From NCBI GenBank assembly GCA_018817715.1, contig JAHITT010000006.1:75147-139146 (forward strand): 64,000 bases of DNA. Reading direction: 5' to 3'. Origin of the DNA: Patescibacteria group bacterium. Lineage in GTDB: Bacteria > Patescibacteriota > Patescibacteriia > Veblenbacterales > UBA10138. The notes under the pieces were generated by a model. That model did not search any database and was not told the origin of the DNA. It worked only from the letters and a program-made list of their open reading frames with translations. Below are positions 49,402 to 59,429 of this stretch, in pieces. The first letter of the stretch is position 1, and every line of letters begins with the position of its first letter. The position numbers and the translations under genes were made by a program.

Positions 49402-50163
49402 CTAAGTAGCTAGCCAACCGCCGTCCACATGTAAAGTGGCGCCGGTTACATACCCAGCTTCCCCTGAAGCCAAAAACACAGCCGCGGCCGCCACTTCTTC
49501 GGGTAAACCCATTCTGTTAAGCGGTATGCGAGCCATAAGCCCTTGTAAAGCTTCTTTGGGTATATCAGAGGAAGAGGCCATAGGCGTATCTATAGCGCCG
49601 GGGGCTATAACATTAACTGTAATACCCAAAGGCGCCCATTCTATAGCCATAGTTTCGGACATACCAATAACCCCTCCCTTAGAAGAGGTGTAATGAACAC
49701 CCCCAGCAATACCCACACCTACCTGCCCCGAAGCTATAGAAGAAATATTTATAATGCGACCCCATTTATTCTTAGTCATCAACTTAGCGGCCGCCTGGGC
49801 GCAAAAAAACTGACCTTTTAAATTTATATCTATAGTTTTATCCCAATCGCCTTCTGTTAATTCAGTGGCGGCTTTAGGCAGATAAACTCCGGCATTGTTT
49901 ATTAAAATATCCAGCCGGCCATAGTGTTTTTCCACTTCAGCAAATACCTGATTAATTTCTTGTAAATCAGTTACATCCATTTTAAAAGCTATAGCCTGGC
50001 CACCAGCGCCAATTATTTCTTCGGCTACTTTTTGGCACTCTGCCAAATTTATATCTGTTACCACCACCTTAGCGCCCTGACTAGCTAAAGCTTTAGCATG
50101 CGCTAAACCCATGCCCTGCTTAGCTCCAGTAATAAGAGCGACCTTGCCTGTTAAATTAAACAT
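49402..50163 (-). CDS. short-chain dehydrogenase/reductase (SDR)
   Basis: TGAKQGMG Rossmann motif, NNAG, S..YxxxK catalytic pattern (YTSSK). Confidence 0.85.
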   Translation of the reverse strand: MFNLTGKVALITGAKQGMGLAHAKALASQGAKVVVTDINLAECQKVAEEIIGAGGQAIAFKMDVTDLQEINQVFAEVEKHYGRLDILINNAGVYLPKAATELTEGDWDKTIDINLKGQFFCAQAAAKLMTKNKWGRIINISSIASGQVGVGIAGGVHYTSSKGGVIGMSETMAIEWAPLGITVNVIAPGAIDTPMASSSDIPKEALQGLMARIPLNRMGLPEEVAAAAVFLASGEAGYVTGATLHVDGGWLAT

Positions 50164-50170
50164 AAATTTA

Positions 50171-50839
50171 TTAATTTAAATAATTAGCTAAAGATTTTAT
50201 CTTTTTTATCTGAATATCAGCTGCCGATAAATCCCCACTGACTTGCGAATACAAACCTACTGTTTTAAAACCGATTTTACTGGCCACAGGAAACATTTTC
50301 GGCATATCATCAACATAAATAATTTCTGTGGGTTGTAATTTAAAAAGTTTAATAGCTTTTAATAAGCCTTGCGGGTGCGGTTTGGGCTTAACAACGTCTT
50401 CCCCAGCCACAATAAAAGAAAAATAATCTTCTAAATCAAATTTTTGCAAACCATTTTTTACAATATCTTGCCCGGCCGCACTTAAAATTCCCATTTTTAT
50501 ATTATTTTTATTTAACTTTTGTAATAAACTTTTAACACCCGAATTTGCTTTAATGTATTTTTCGTATTTTTTATATCGACTGTTCATTAAATTATGAACT
50601 TTAGATAATTTATTTTTAGGTACGCCGTGCTCCAAATAAAACCCCTGCCAATCTTGGTGTATGTTTTTAAACCAATAAGCCATAGACAATCTTTTTCCGC
50701 CTAAATCGACTATCACATCACACTCGGCCCGACCACAAGCGCCTAAATCATCCACTATAACCCCGTTATAATCGAATAAAACAGCTTTTATTTTATTTTT
50801 TGTTTTAATTTTGCGAATCATAATAACTACTTTATCCAC
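50171..50839 (-). CDS. HAD-family hydrolase
   Basis: AVLFDYNGVIVDD motif I. Confidence 0.55.
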   Translation of the reverse strand: MDKVVIMIRKIKTKNKIKAVLFDYNGVIVDDLGACGRAECDVIVDLGGKRLSMAYWFKNIHQDWQGFYLEHGVPKNKLSKVHNLMNSRYKKYEKYIKANSGVKSLLQKLNKNNIKMGILSAAGQDIVKNGLQKFDLEDYFSFIVAGEDVVKPKPHPQGLLKAIKLFKLQPTEIIYVDDMPKMFPVASKIGFKTVGLYSQVSGDLSAADIQIKKIKSLANYLN

Positions 50840-52191
50840 ACTGTTTTAATATTAGTAAAAGCCTTAATACCATAGGCACCCATTTCCCGGCCATAACCGG
50901 ATTTTTTTATGCCGCCAAAAGGCAACCGGGGGTCAGATTTAACCATAGAATTCACAAACACCGAACCGGCTTTTATTTGTGGCACTAATTCTTGTATTAA
51001 TTTTTCATCCTTAGTCCACAACGAAGCGCCCAAACCAAAACGGGTGTCGTTGGCTATAGTAATAGCTTCGGCTGAATTTTTTACTTTTATAACCGCCGCT
51101 ACCGGACCAAAAACTTCTTCCTCATAAGCCGGCATACCTGGTTTAACATCTGTTAAAATAGTTGGCTGATAAAAATAACCGGTTTTAGCCAAGCGCCGGC
51201 CACCGCACAAAATTTTGGCCCCTAATTTAACCGAAAGATCCACTTGTTTTTCCACTTCTAATAAAATTTGCTCTGTAGCCAAAGGGCCAACATTGGTTTC
51301 TTTATTTTCCGGATCGCCCACTATTAAATTTTGATAATGTTTTAACAACTGACTAACAAACTGATCATAAACTGGTTCTTCCACAATAAATCTTTTAGCC
51401 GAAATACAGGTTTGTCCGGCATTATTAAGCCTGGCTGTTACAGCCACCTGGCAACTTAAATCCACATCCGCCTCTTGTAAAACTATAAAAGGATCACTAC
51501 CGCCTAATTCCAAAACTGATTTTTTAATAGCTTGGCCGGCAATAGCGGCCACGCTTTGCCCGGCTGCTTCACTGCCGGTTAAACTAACTCCTTGTATTCT
51601 GTCATCCTTTATCACCTCGGCTACTCTGGTTGAGCCTATTAATAAATTTTGATAAATATTTTCCGGACAACCACTATCTTTAAAAACTTTAGCAATTAAT
51701 TCAGCTGATTGTGGCACATTGGAAGCATGTTTTACTACCACAGTATTACCAGCCATTAAAGTAGGCGCCACAAACCGAAAAACCTGCCAAAACGGAAAAT
51801 TCCAAGGCATTACTCCCAAAATAACGCCTAAGGGTTCAAAAACAACATAACTGGAACCAGCGTCGGTTTTTATGACTTCTTTATTTAATAAATCTTCTCC
51901 AGCTTCAGCGTAATACTCCAGCACCCAAGCACTTTTTTCTACCTCACTATTAGCGGCCGCCAGCGGCTTACCCATTTCTTTAGTAATAATAAACCCTAAA
52001 TCTTCTTTATGGCTTCTTAAATAAGCAGCTAATTCATTTAAATGTTCTGCTCGCTCCTTATAACTTAAAGCACTCCAAGCGGTAAAGGCCTGCGCCGCCA
52101 AAGCCAGCTTATTATCAAGTTCGCTTGAAGAAATTTCTTGATACTCAGCTTCGACTTTTAAAGTAAAAGGATTTTTGGAAATAAAAGGCAT
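50827..52191 (-). CDS. NAD(P)+-dependent aldehyde dehydrogenase
   Basis: catalytic LELGGSDP and GQTCISAKR motifs. Confidence 0.85.
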   Translation of the reverse strand: MPFISKNPFTLKVEAEYQEISSSELDNKLALAAQAFTAWSALSYKERAEHLNELAAYLRSHKEDLGFIITKEMGKPLAAANSEVEKSAWVLEYYAEAGEDLLNKEVIKTDAGSSYVVFEPLGVILGVMPWNFPFWQVFRFVAPTLMAGNTVVVKHASNVPQSAELIAKVFKDSGCPENIYQNLLIGSTRVAEVIKDDRIQGVSLTGSEAAGQSVAAIAGQAIKKSVLELGGSDPFIVLQEADVDLSCQVAVTARLNNAGQTCISAKRFIVEEPVYDQFVSQLLKHYQNLIVGDPENKETNVGPLATEQILLEVEKQVDLSVKLGAKILCGGRRLAKTGYFYQPTILTDVKPGMPAYEEEVFGPVAAVIKVKNSAEAITIANDTRFGLGASLWTKDEKLIQELVPQIKAGSVFVNSMVKSDPRLPFGGIKKSGYGREMGAYGIKAFTNIKTVWIK

Positions 52192-52328
52192 AAAGTTTAA
52201 ATCCTAATTAATTGACACGTTAGATGTCATCCTGAGGCCTTAGCCGAAGGATCTCAACACCTAAAAATTTGCTAACAAAATTCTTCACCCTACGAACGAA
52301 GGGTTCAGAATGACCCTACTTTTGATTC

Positions 52329-53990
52329 TTACAGTTCACAGGTTTTTTGTTTTAGCTCTTCATCAAAAACTTTTTTATTTTCACTGTAATCTATAGGACA
52401 ATCTATTATTTGCACCCCGCCTAAAACCTTAGCTTTATCTAAAGCCTTGGTAAAACCTTCAGCCGATTCTACTTTTAAACCACCAGCGCCAAAACTTTTA
52501 GCTAAACTAACAAAGTCGGGGTTAGTAAAATCTAAACCAAAATCAGTAAAACCCATTTGCTGTTGTTTCCACTTTATCATACCCAGGCCTTTGTCATTTA
52601 AAACAACCACTACTAAATCCAAACTCAAACGAACAGCTGTTTCCAAGTCGCCTAAAGACATCATAAACCCGCCATCACCCACCACGGCCACCACCAATTT
52701 TTCCGGATTAAGTAATTTAGCCGCCATAGCCGAAGCTAAGCCGGCGCCCATAGTAGCTAAAGCGTTATCTAACAAAACTGTATTAGGTTCCCGAGCAGGA
52801 AAATTCCTAGCCAGCCACAATTTATACATACCATTATCCAAAGCCAAAATACTGTCTGCTGGCATAAAATCCCGCAAGTCTTTAGCTAATCGTTGCGGTT
52901 TTAAAGGCCAAGCTGAATCGTCAGCTTTTTCTAAAATATGTTCTTTTAATTTTTGGCTTAACTTTTTATAATAAGAAAAATCCCAAACAACACTAGGTTT
53001 AATTTTTTCGGCCAGCGCCCACAAAGAATGAGCAATATCGCCTACCACTTCCAAGGTTGGCGCATAAACATAATCCACATCCGCCTCGGAAAAATTTATA
53101 TGAATAACCTCTCTGTCACCCTGAGCCATAATTAACGGCGGTTTTTCCACTGTTTCATGACCAACAACAATTAATAAATCTGCTTTTTGCAAAGCGCAGT
53201 GAATATAATCTCCCTCGCTTAAAGCTGTATTGCCGATATAACATTCTTTGGTTTCGTCTAGCACGCCTTTACCCATTTGCGTGGTTATAAAAGGAATACC
53301 GGTTTTTTTTACAAACTCGCTTAAGTGCTTATGAATTCTTTTGCGATTGGCCCCAGCGCCAATTACTATTAACGGCCGTTGAGCTGACATTATTTTGTTA
53401 GCCGCCTCGGTAATAGCTTTGGGGTCGGGCCCGGGTCGTCTAACTTTTACTGGCAACAAAACTTGCTTGTCGGTTATATCTTCGGCTATATCCTCAGGCA
53501 GTTCTAAATGAACCGCGCCCGGCCGTTCGCTTTCGGCCACTTTAAAAGCTTCCCGCACCATAAAGGGCGCCCGATCAGCGCTAACTATAGTACTAGCCAG
53601 TTTAGTAACCGGCTCCATCATTCTAACCACATCTAATATTTGAAAATGACCTTGCCTAGATTTACGCAAAGCTTTTTGCCCAGTAATTATAATAAGTGGC
53701 ATACCACCTAAATTGGCATAAGCCGCGCCGGTTACCAAATTGGTAGCACCGGGGCCCAAGGTACTTAGCACCACGCCAGCTTTACCTGTTAAACGGCCAT
53801 AAGTAGCCGCCATAAAAGCGGCGGTTTGCTCGTGTCTGGTTAAAATAAACTTTATTTGCGTTGATTTACTTAAAGCTTGTAACAAAGACAAATTTTCCTC
53901 ACCAGGCAAGCCAAAAACATATTTTACGCCTTCTGTTTCCAAGGCTTCCACTATAATTTCCGCTGCTGTTTTAGGGTTTTTATTTAACAT
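52329..53990 (-). CDS. thiamine-diphosphate-dependent enzyme, acetolactate-synthase-like
   Basis: N-terminal AAEIIVEALETEGVKYVFGLPGEENL, TPP-binding GDGGF...NN motif. Confidence 0.8.
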   Translation of the reverse strand: MLNKNPKTAAEIIVEALETEGVKYVFGLPGEENLSLLQALSKSTQIKFILTRHEQTAAFMAATYGRLTGKAGVVLSTLGPGATNLVTGAAYANLGGMPLIIITGQKALRKSRQGHFQILDVVRMMEPVTKLASTIVSADRAPFMVREAFKVAESERPGAVHLELPEDIAEDITDKQVLLPVKVRRPGPDPKAITEAANKIMSAQRPLIVIGAGANRKRIHKHLSEFVKKTGIPFITTQMGKGVLDETKECYIGNTALSEGDYIHCALQKADLLIVVGHETVEKPPLIMAQGDREVIHINFSEADVDYVYAPTLEVVGDIAHSLWALAEKIKPSVVWDFSYYKKLSQKLKEHILEKADDSAWPLKPQRLAKDLRDFMPADSILALDNGMYKLWLARNFPAREPNTVLLDNALATMGAGLASAMAAKLLNPEKLVVAVVGDGGFMMSLGDLETAVRLSLDLVVVVLNDKGLGMIKWKQQQMGFTDFGLDFTNPDFVSLAKSFGAGGLKVESAEGFTKALDKAKVLGGVQIIDCPIDYSENKKVFDEELKQKTCEL

Positions 53991-54092
53991 AAACGTCCAT
54001 CTATTTTAGCAGACTACCGAGCTTGTATCAAAAAAACCCGCTAACCTTCTTAAATTCACAAAAACATAAGGAACTGACGAACACCTCAAAGT

Positions 54093-54122
54093 AAAAAACA
54101 CTGAGCCGTTCAGTGATTTTTT
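54093..54122. terminator. bidirectional hairpin terminator
   Basis: A6-CACTGAgccgtTCAGTG-T6. Confidence 0.6.
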
Positions 54123-54139
54123 GGCTAAAATTAAATAAT

Positions 54140-54841
54140 TTAACCTGCCTTTTCCTTATCAAACAAATAATGTTTTAATAAAATAATCAGCACCCACGCG
54201 ACGCAAATAATTAAAACCCACTTTAAACCCATAATTTTAAGGGCCGATGGACCAAGTTTAAAAACCAATATACCCCAAAAAGTTTCCCAAAATACTATGC
54301 CAGCCAAAGAATAAGCGGCAAAACGACGCCAAGGAATTTGTAAAATTCCCGCGGCCGTAGCTGTCATGGCGGCTAGATTAGGATTCCAGTAAGTAAACAA
54401 AACCGCTGTGGATTCCTTACTAACTAGTTTTTGTTTAGCCAGTTCAATGGCTTTGCTAAAACCGAATTTCATAAATAGTTTGTACCAACCATACTTACCT
54501 AATAAATAACTGACTGAATAAGAAGCCACAAAAGCCAGCATAACAATAAGCACCATAGTAACGACTTTTAAAATATCCTGACCCGAAGATATTACTCCCA
54601 AAAAAATAATGACTCCACCCGGAAAATACTGGCCAACAATAAAAAACCCTTCTAAAAAGGCGCCCAGAAATACCACCCACAAACCTAATTCAGAAAACTT
54701 TTCCAAAATCATGTTAGCGACTGATTCATCCACTGGCAATCCCAATAGGCGCCAAATTACGTAAACAACCAAATAAGTGCTCAGCACTATAATGGGTAAA
54801 ATCAACAGACCGATTATTTCTTTAAATTTAGTCATACTCAA
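54140..54841 (-). CDS. DedA/VTT-domain family membrane protein
   Basis: FLEGFFIVGQYFPGG region resembles DedA signature; multiple TM. Confidence 0.45.
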   Translation of the reverse strand: MSMTKFKEIIGLLILPIIVLSTYLVVYVIWRLLGLPVDESVANMILEKFSELGLWVVFLGAFLEGFFIVGQYFPGGVIIFLGVISSGQDILKVVTMVLIVMLAFVASYSVSYLLGKYGWYKLFMKFGFSKAIELAKQKLVSKESTAVLFTYWNPNLAAMTATAAGILQIPWRRFAAYSLAGIVFWETFWGILVFKLGPSALKIMGLKWVLIICVAWVLIILLKHYLFDKEKAG

Positions 54842-54963
54842 AATATAACATTAATTTAATAAATAATCACAGAAAAACTAATAAATTGACTTTTCTAAGT
54901 ATTGGCTTTAAGGTAAGGGCAAATAAATAAAGCATTATTAAAAACAACATATAAAGGTGCCAA

Positions 54964-55671
54964 ATGAATCTACAAAAATTAATGGAGCATTTTTTTAAAC
55001 TCTACGGCAAAAGAAATAGAATATTCCTGCAAAACTTATTGCAGCGCATAGTCTTTTTAAATCTGGCTATAGCCGATTTACAAGAAGCTATCAGAAAACA
55101 AGCCGACCCAGCTGATTTAAAAATAGCTTTAGCAAGAATAGTGTCTAGAATTTTCTGCGTAGCCGATTACTTTGCTAGCGACCAACTGGCGGTTGTTATG
55201 TCTCAAAAATACCCCAATAGCCATTGCAGTTACTGCCAAAAATTACCTTGTAAGTGTCCAGAAAAAAGACCTAGCAGTATATTAACAAATCCAAACCCTA
55301 CTCAACTGAACTGGACCTTAAAACAATGGTGCCGACATTTTAAAAAAATCTACGGCGCTAAAAATAAATCCAAGGGTCTTGAAAATATTCTTAACCGCTT
55401 GTTCAAGGAAATAAGCGAACTATTGATACTAGCTATGAAAACTCCCAGCACTTTTTCCGCCCATACAACCATAGACGACATAGAAATAGAATTTTCCAAA
55501 GAACTAGCTGATACTCTAGCCTGGACAATAGCTATAGCCAATTTATTGACAGTTGATTTAGAACAAGCTGTTTTGGAACGTTATGGTAATGGCTGCTGGA
55601 AGTGTCATAACACTACCTGTACCTGCACGGAATTCAATTATGACCAAGTGTTTTGGCCATCGGTAAAATAA
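54964..55671 (+). CDS. MazG-like nucleotide pyrophosphohydrolase-domain protein with Cys clusters
   Basis: two helical EExxD-like segments (ELADTLAWTIAIANLLTVDLEQAVLERYG) plus CSYCQKLPCKC and CWKCHNTTCTC. Confidence 0.35.
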   Translation: MNLQKLMEHFFKLYGKRNRIFLQNLLQRIVFLNLAIADLQEAIRKQADPADLKIALARIVSRIFCVADYFASDQLAVVMSQKYPNSHCSYCQKLPCKCPEKRPSSILTNPNPTQLNWTLKQWCRHFKKIYGAKNKSKGLENILNRLFKEISELLILAMKTPSTFSAHTTIDDIEIEFSKELADTLAWTIAIANLLTVDLEQAVLERYGNGCWKCHNTTCTCTEFNYDQVFWPSVK

Positions 55672-55746
55672 TAATTATTATGACCAAGTTGTTTAAAAAA
55701 CAACTTGGTTTTTTAATATTAAAAACAACAAAATAACCTAAATTAA

Positions 55747-55786
55747 CCTGTGGATAACATAGGCTAATTCGTACGAATTAGCCTAT
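55747..55786 (+). repeat. palindromic repeat element copy B
   Basis: CCTGTGGATAACAT + TAGGCTAATTCGTACGAATTAGCCTA; identical 40 bp to copy C. Confidence 0.85.
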
Positions 55787-55793
55787 AAAGAAA

Positions 55794-56615
55794 TTATTTA
55801 AAGGGATGAGACTTTTTAAACTCTTCTAGGACTCCAGATTTTTTGGCTATGGACAACAATTTTTTATGCAAATGTTTGTTACTTAATAAAGCGCCTTTAA
55901 TAAACCCGTTATACTTTTGTTCCTTCCCCCATAAATCTGTTACCTTACCACCAGCTTCCTCCACCACTATTTTAGCCGCCGCAATGTCATGGGCTAATTT
56001 ACCATTAAATATACAACCATCAAACCCGCCAGTAGCTATTAAAGAAGCCGCTTCAGCTACCGAATAAACCTCGGGCGTGCGAGCGTTTTGTTTATGAAGT
56101 AAAACAGAAGCGGACGAACTTTTCCAACCGGTTTTTATTAAAGCGCCAGCCAAAATTTTTTTATTGCTTACTGATAACTTAAAATTCTTTTCCACCAAAT
56201 AAGCGCCCTTGCCTTTTTCGGCCAGTACTGTGCGCCTGGCTAAAGGATTACACAGCACTCCAGCCACTGGCCGACCATCTATAACAATAGCGGCCGAAAA
56301 AACAAACAACGGCGCGCCAATAATAAACATATGCGTGCCATCTATGGGGTCCACCACAAATAATTTACGACCAATTGTTTTAGAACTTATTTCTTCACCC
56401 AAGACATCAAAATCCGGGTAAGCCTTGGCCACCTCGCGCAGAACCATTTGGTTAACAGCAATGTCGGCCTTGGTTACGGCATCCAATCCCCAATCAGCCT
56501 TTTTATTTTTAATAGTATAACTTACCCCACAAGGATTGTAATACTTAAGCATTAGCCGACTAGCTTTGCTGGATAAGTTTAATAGGAATTTTGTTTGCTT
56601 GCTAAATTTTTTCAT
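55794..56615 (-). CDS. inositol monophosphatase family protein (IMPase/SuhB/CysQ-like)
   Basis: VVDPIDGT and GGFDGCI-like motifs of IMPase fold. Confidence 0.75.
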   Translation of the reverse strand: MKKFSKQTKFLLNLSSKASRLMLKYYNPCGVSYTIKNKKADWGLDAVTKADIAVNQMVLREVAKAYPDFDVLGEEISSKTIGRKLFVVDPIDGTHMFIIGAPLFVFSAAIVIDGRPVAGVLCNPLARRTVLAEKGKGAYLVEKNFKLSVSNKKILAGALIKTGWKSSSASVLLHKQNARTPEVYSVAEAASLIATGGFDGCIFNGKLAHDIAAAKIVVEEAGGKVTDLWGKEQKYNGFIKGALLSNKHLHKKLLSIAKKSGVLEEFKKSHPFK

Positions 56616-56687
56616 AAAGACAAATTAAGATTGCCATTCAAAACTATCTCCCAACCAACCGCTTTGGATAACAAGTTTGTAGTAAAA

Positions 56688-59429
56688 TTATTCTTTATCA
56701 AACAATGTTGGCTTCTGTCCGTTTGTAAATTCTTCGGTTGCCAATTCCTTGTGGCGTAATTCGTCATATCCCTCAAAATCGCTCACGCTCGCAATTTTAA
56801 CTGCCTTGAACCCTCTTTTTTCCATTGCCTTGTCCACGAGGAAAAAAGTTTGAACGCCGCCCTCTTTTTCTAAAAGTTTTAGGGCTTTCTTGCGGTCATC
56901 AATTTGTTTCGCTTCGGCAAGATGCTTGCCTTTAACATCAACGACTATCCACTTGCCTTCGATAAACGCAAGAAAGTCCGGATAAAATGGTGCTGGCTTT
57001 ACTTCAACGGGATACTCAAAAGGATCATTTCTAACCCAAAAACTTTTCTTTTTCTTGTCCAATGAACAAAGATGCTCCAAAGCGTCAGCGACCCATTTTT
57101 CGGGCGGCGAATCAAACTTTACAAACGGACGAGCAGAAAATTTATATCCTTCAACAATAATACCTTTCTGCTGTAAGTGCGAGGACATGGGTTGATGAGA
57201 AGGAATCAAGTTGAGAGTAAGTCCGTCTCGTTTTCTAACAGTAATTTTGCCATCCACAAAAATATCTTTTACATTTTTCTTTCGGAATATAAATTGTCTC
57301 TTGAACATCAATTCAAATGCGCCTTGTCCGTAAAATTCAATAATACTCTTTTTTAGAGCTTTCAAGGCGCGTTTATAGTCCACCGCGTAGGCGGTATCAA
57401 CCTGTATTCCGGCACCAATAATGTTTTCTATCAGCTTCTTTGCAGTATCAAATGAGTTATTTCCGATAAATGAGCCAGTTTGTTCTATAAAATCTAACGC
57501 CCAGCGCGCAATTTCGTTTTTAGGCAAAGCTATTGTTCTGCGGGTAGTCGCTGGCTTGTCAGTCTGCATGGCGATTTCATCAGTTGTAATTTCCGCATAG
57601 TCAATCATTGCCAAAACTTCTGGCTTTAGAACTTTGTCACCCTTGGAAAGCCCGCACACCTCATCAACAAACGCTTTAACGCTTAACGATTGATCTTTTA
57701 GCGCGTCTTCAAAACTTTTACCGGTTGCAGTTGGTTTGATCTGCAAAATTGGAATTTCGTAGTCATCAATAATTTTTCTGTTTACTTTATTCTCGCGGTC
57801 TTCTTCCTCGGTTGGAATTTCAACATTTGCCGGCGACAATGCTAATTTTTGCCGAATTTCTTCTACGATTTGATCAAAGCGGCGGCCCCTCTCGCAAATA
57901 ACATGTAAAATTTCGCTCTGCTCTTTTAGTTCATCGCCCAAAATATCAAACTCCCGTTTTTCTTTGTAAAGTCGGAGACCACGCCCGATAAGTTGGGCCG
58001 CCGCGAGACCAACTTTCTCAACAGTATCGCCCAAAACAACGATTGTATAAAAATTGTCGTAATCAACGCCCTCGGTGAATATACGGACTTGGTTTACAAC
58101 TTCGGCATTATTGTCGTCGAGCGATTGATAATCTGTCCAGACCTCTTCCTCGCTTTTATTTTCGCTATGAATGGTGAAAACAGATTTTGCCACTCGCGAC
58201 AATTTTTTTACTAATTCTGATTTGTTTTTTGGTATATTCGTACGAACAATTTTAGCAATATCGGTTCCTTCACGATTTACTTGTTCCAACACATCATCAA
58301 GCTCGCCCGCAACCGAATCAGGCCAATTTTTGAGATAATCATCAATCGCGTCCGCGTGTTTTATAGTTCTTGCTTTGGTAAGCAACATCGCTTTTTTCAC
58401 TGGCGCGTTAGCGGCGGCAAGCGACTCGGTTTTTAGCAAATGAATCAACATGCCCCAAACCAATTTCTGCTTATCACTATCGGTCACTTCGTCTGAAATT
58501 TTCTCGTCGCTTGTTCCGCAACCAACCGCAAAAATCCTCTTGCCATATCCCTCTCCAATATATCTTTGCATTGGATACTTGTATAAGTTGTCTTGTCCAA
58601 AACTCTCGCTACCACCTTTTTCAAGTGATGTTGCGGTAAATTCCAGCACAGCGCTCGGCAAGAGCTCAAAAATTGCTTCTGCGGTTTTCTTTTGCTGGTA
58701 GTGGTGTGCTTCATCAGAAATAATGACTGGCCGCTTTTCGCGTAAAAATTCCACAAACGATATGGTGTGTTGCCCGCTTTTATCACGCCACAATGATTCT
58801 TCAAGCGGCCGGCGAACATATGGTGTCCCTTTCATTGTATCTTCACCGTCTTTTTTGTTCGATGAAGCCGCTTTATCGTAAAACTTCTGCATGTTGAAAA
58901 CATAGAAAGAAACGTCGCGATCATCTTCGTAATTGCAGGTTTTATCACGATAAGAATTTCCCGTAACCAAGTTGTAGGTTAAATTCCAACCGTCGCCAAA
59001 AATGCTTTTTACTGCGCGCGGCGTAAAGTTTTCTATCGTCTTATCAAACAAAATTGTGTTCGGAGTGAGAATAAGAAAATCTCTAAAACCTCGGTGGTAT
59101 AAGTCCAAAATCGCCGCGCCCATCAAAAGGGTTTTGCCGGAACCGGTCGCCATTTCAAAACCGACCTTATTCCACCCAACAATCTTATCGTCATCGTCTT
59201 TTCCTTGTTGAAGTGTTTTCTGCTTTAAGCTCCGGCTGTCAAACTTGTCTTTCCAAAAAAGTTGAAATGCGCTCAATGCTTCTATTTGATACGGGCGCAA
59301 GGCAAATTTAAGCAAATGCTGTATCTTTTCGTAATTCTCAATCGTTTTTGGCGACGGCGAACCGACGGCAATTTTGTATTGCTGGTCTTGGCTCACTAAA
59401 TCGTAAAATGTTTGCGGTTTTGTTCTCAT
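56688..59429 (-). CDS. res: Type III restriction enzyme Res subunit
   Basis: SF2 helicase motifs (ATGSGKT, DEAHH) and C-terminal PD...DVK nuclease motif; ATGA overlap with mod stop. Confidence 0.85.
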   Translation of the reverse strand: MRTKPQTFYDLVSQDQQYKIAVGSPSPKTIENYEKIQHLLKFALRPYQIEALSAFQLFWKDKFDSRSLKQKTLQQGKDDDDKIVGWNKVGFEMATGSGKTLLMGAAILDLYHRGFRDFLILTPNTILFDKTIENFTPRAVKSIFGDGWNLTYNLVTGNSYRDKTCNYEDDRDVSFYVFNMQKFYDKAASSNKKDGEDTMKGTPYVRRPLEESLWRDKSGQHTISFVEFLREKRPVIISDEAHHYQQKKTAEAIFELLPSAVLEFTATSLEKGGSESFGQDNLYKYPMQRYIGEGYGKRIFAVGCGTSDEKISDEVTDSDKQKLVWGMLIHLLKTESLAAANAPVKKAMLLTKARTIKHADAIDDYLKNWPDSVAGELDDVLEQVNREGTDIAKIVRTNIPKNKSELVKKLSRVAKSVFTIHSENKSEEEVWTDYQSLDDNNAEVVNQVRIFTEGVDYDNFYTIVVLGDTVEKVGLAAAQLIGRGLRLYKEKREFDILGDELKEQSEILHVICERGRRFDQIVEEIRQKLALSPANVEIPTEEEDRENKVNRKIIDDYEIPILQIKPTATGKSFEDALKDQSLSVKAFVDEVCGLSKGDKVLKPEVLAMIDYAEITTDEIAMQTDKPATTRRTIALPKNEIARWALDFIEQTGSFIGNNSFDTAKKLIENIIGAGIQVDTAYAVDYKRALKALKKSIIEFYGQGAFELMFKRQFIFRKKNVKDIFVDGKITVRKRDGLTLNLIPSHQPMSSHLQQKGIIVEGYKFSARPFVKFDSPPEKWVADALEHLCSLDKKKKSFWVRNDPFEYPVEVKPAPFYPDFLAFIEGKWIVVDVKGKHLAEAKQIDDRKKALKLLEKEGGVQTFFLVDKAMEKRGFKAVKIASVSDFEGYDELRHKELATEEFTNGQKPTLFDKE

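Noticed and set aside
52447-52971. Antisense or nested ORFs listed in the six-frame track (for example 52447-52971, 380-607, 23262-23633, 58484-58819 and 60248-60508).
   Set aside because: They are fully embedded in much longer ORFs that carry clear conserved motifs on the other strand or frame. They have low-complexity, Lys/Pro/Ser-rich translations typical of antisense frames and are not genes.
55750-55760. Perfect DnaA-box consensus (TTATCCACA on the minus strand) in repeat copies B and C, and a near-box in copy A: possible replication origin.
   Set aside because: Only two perfect boxes 5.6 kb apart. There is no cluster of boxes, no AT-rich DUE next to them, and no dnaA or dnaN in the window. 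They are more economically explained as part of a dispersed repeat.
55760-55785. The 26-bp palindrome acting as a bidirectional intrinsic terminator between the convergent MazG-like and IMPase genes.
   Set aside because: No U-tract follows the hairpin on either strand. Copies A and C are not in convergent-gene contexts, so a pure terminator role does not explain the family.
58236-58249. TATTCGTACGAACA inside the res coding sequence matches 12 of 14 positions of the palindrome core of the repeat family.
   Set aside because: It lies in-frame within conserved helicase coding sequence (VRTNIP) and lacks the flanking arms. It is most likely coincidental; mentioned only in case it reflects a recognition sequence.
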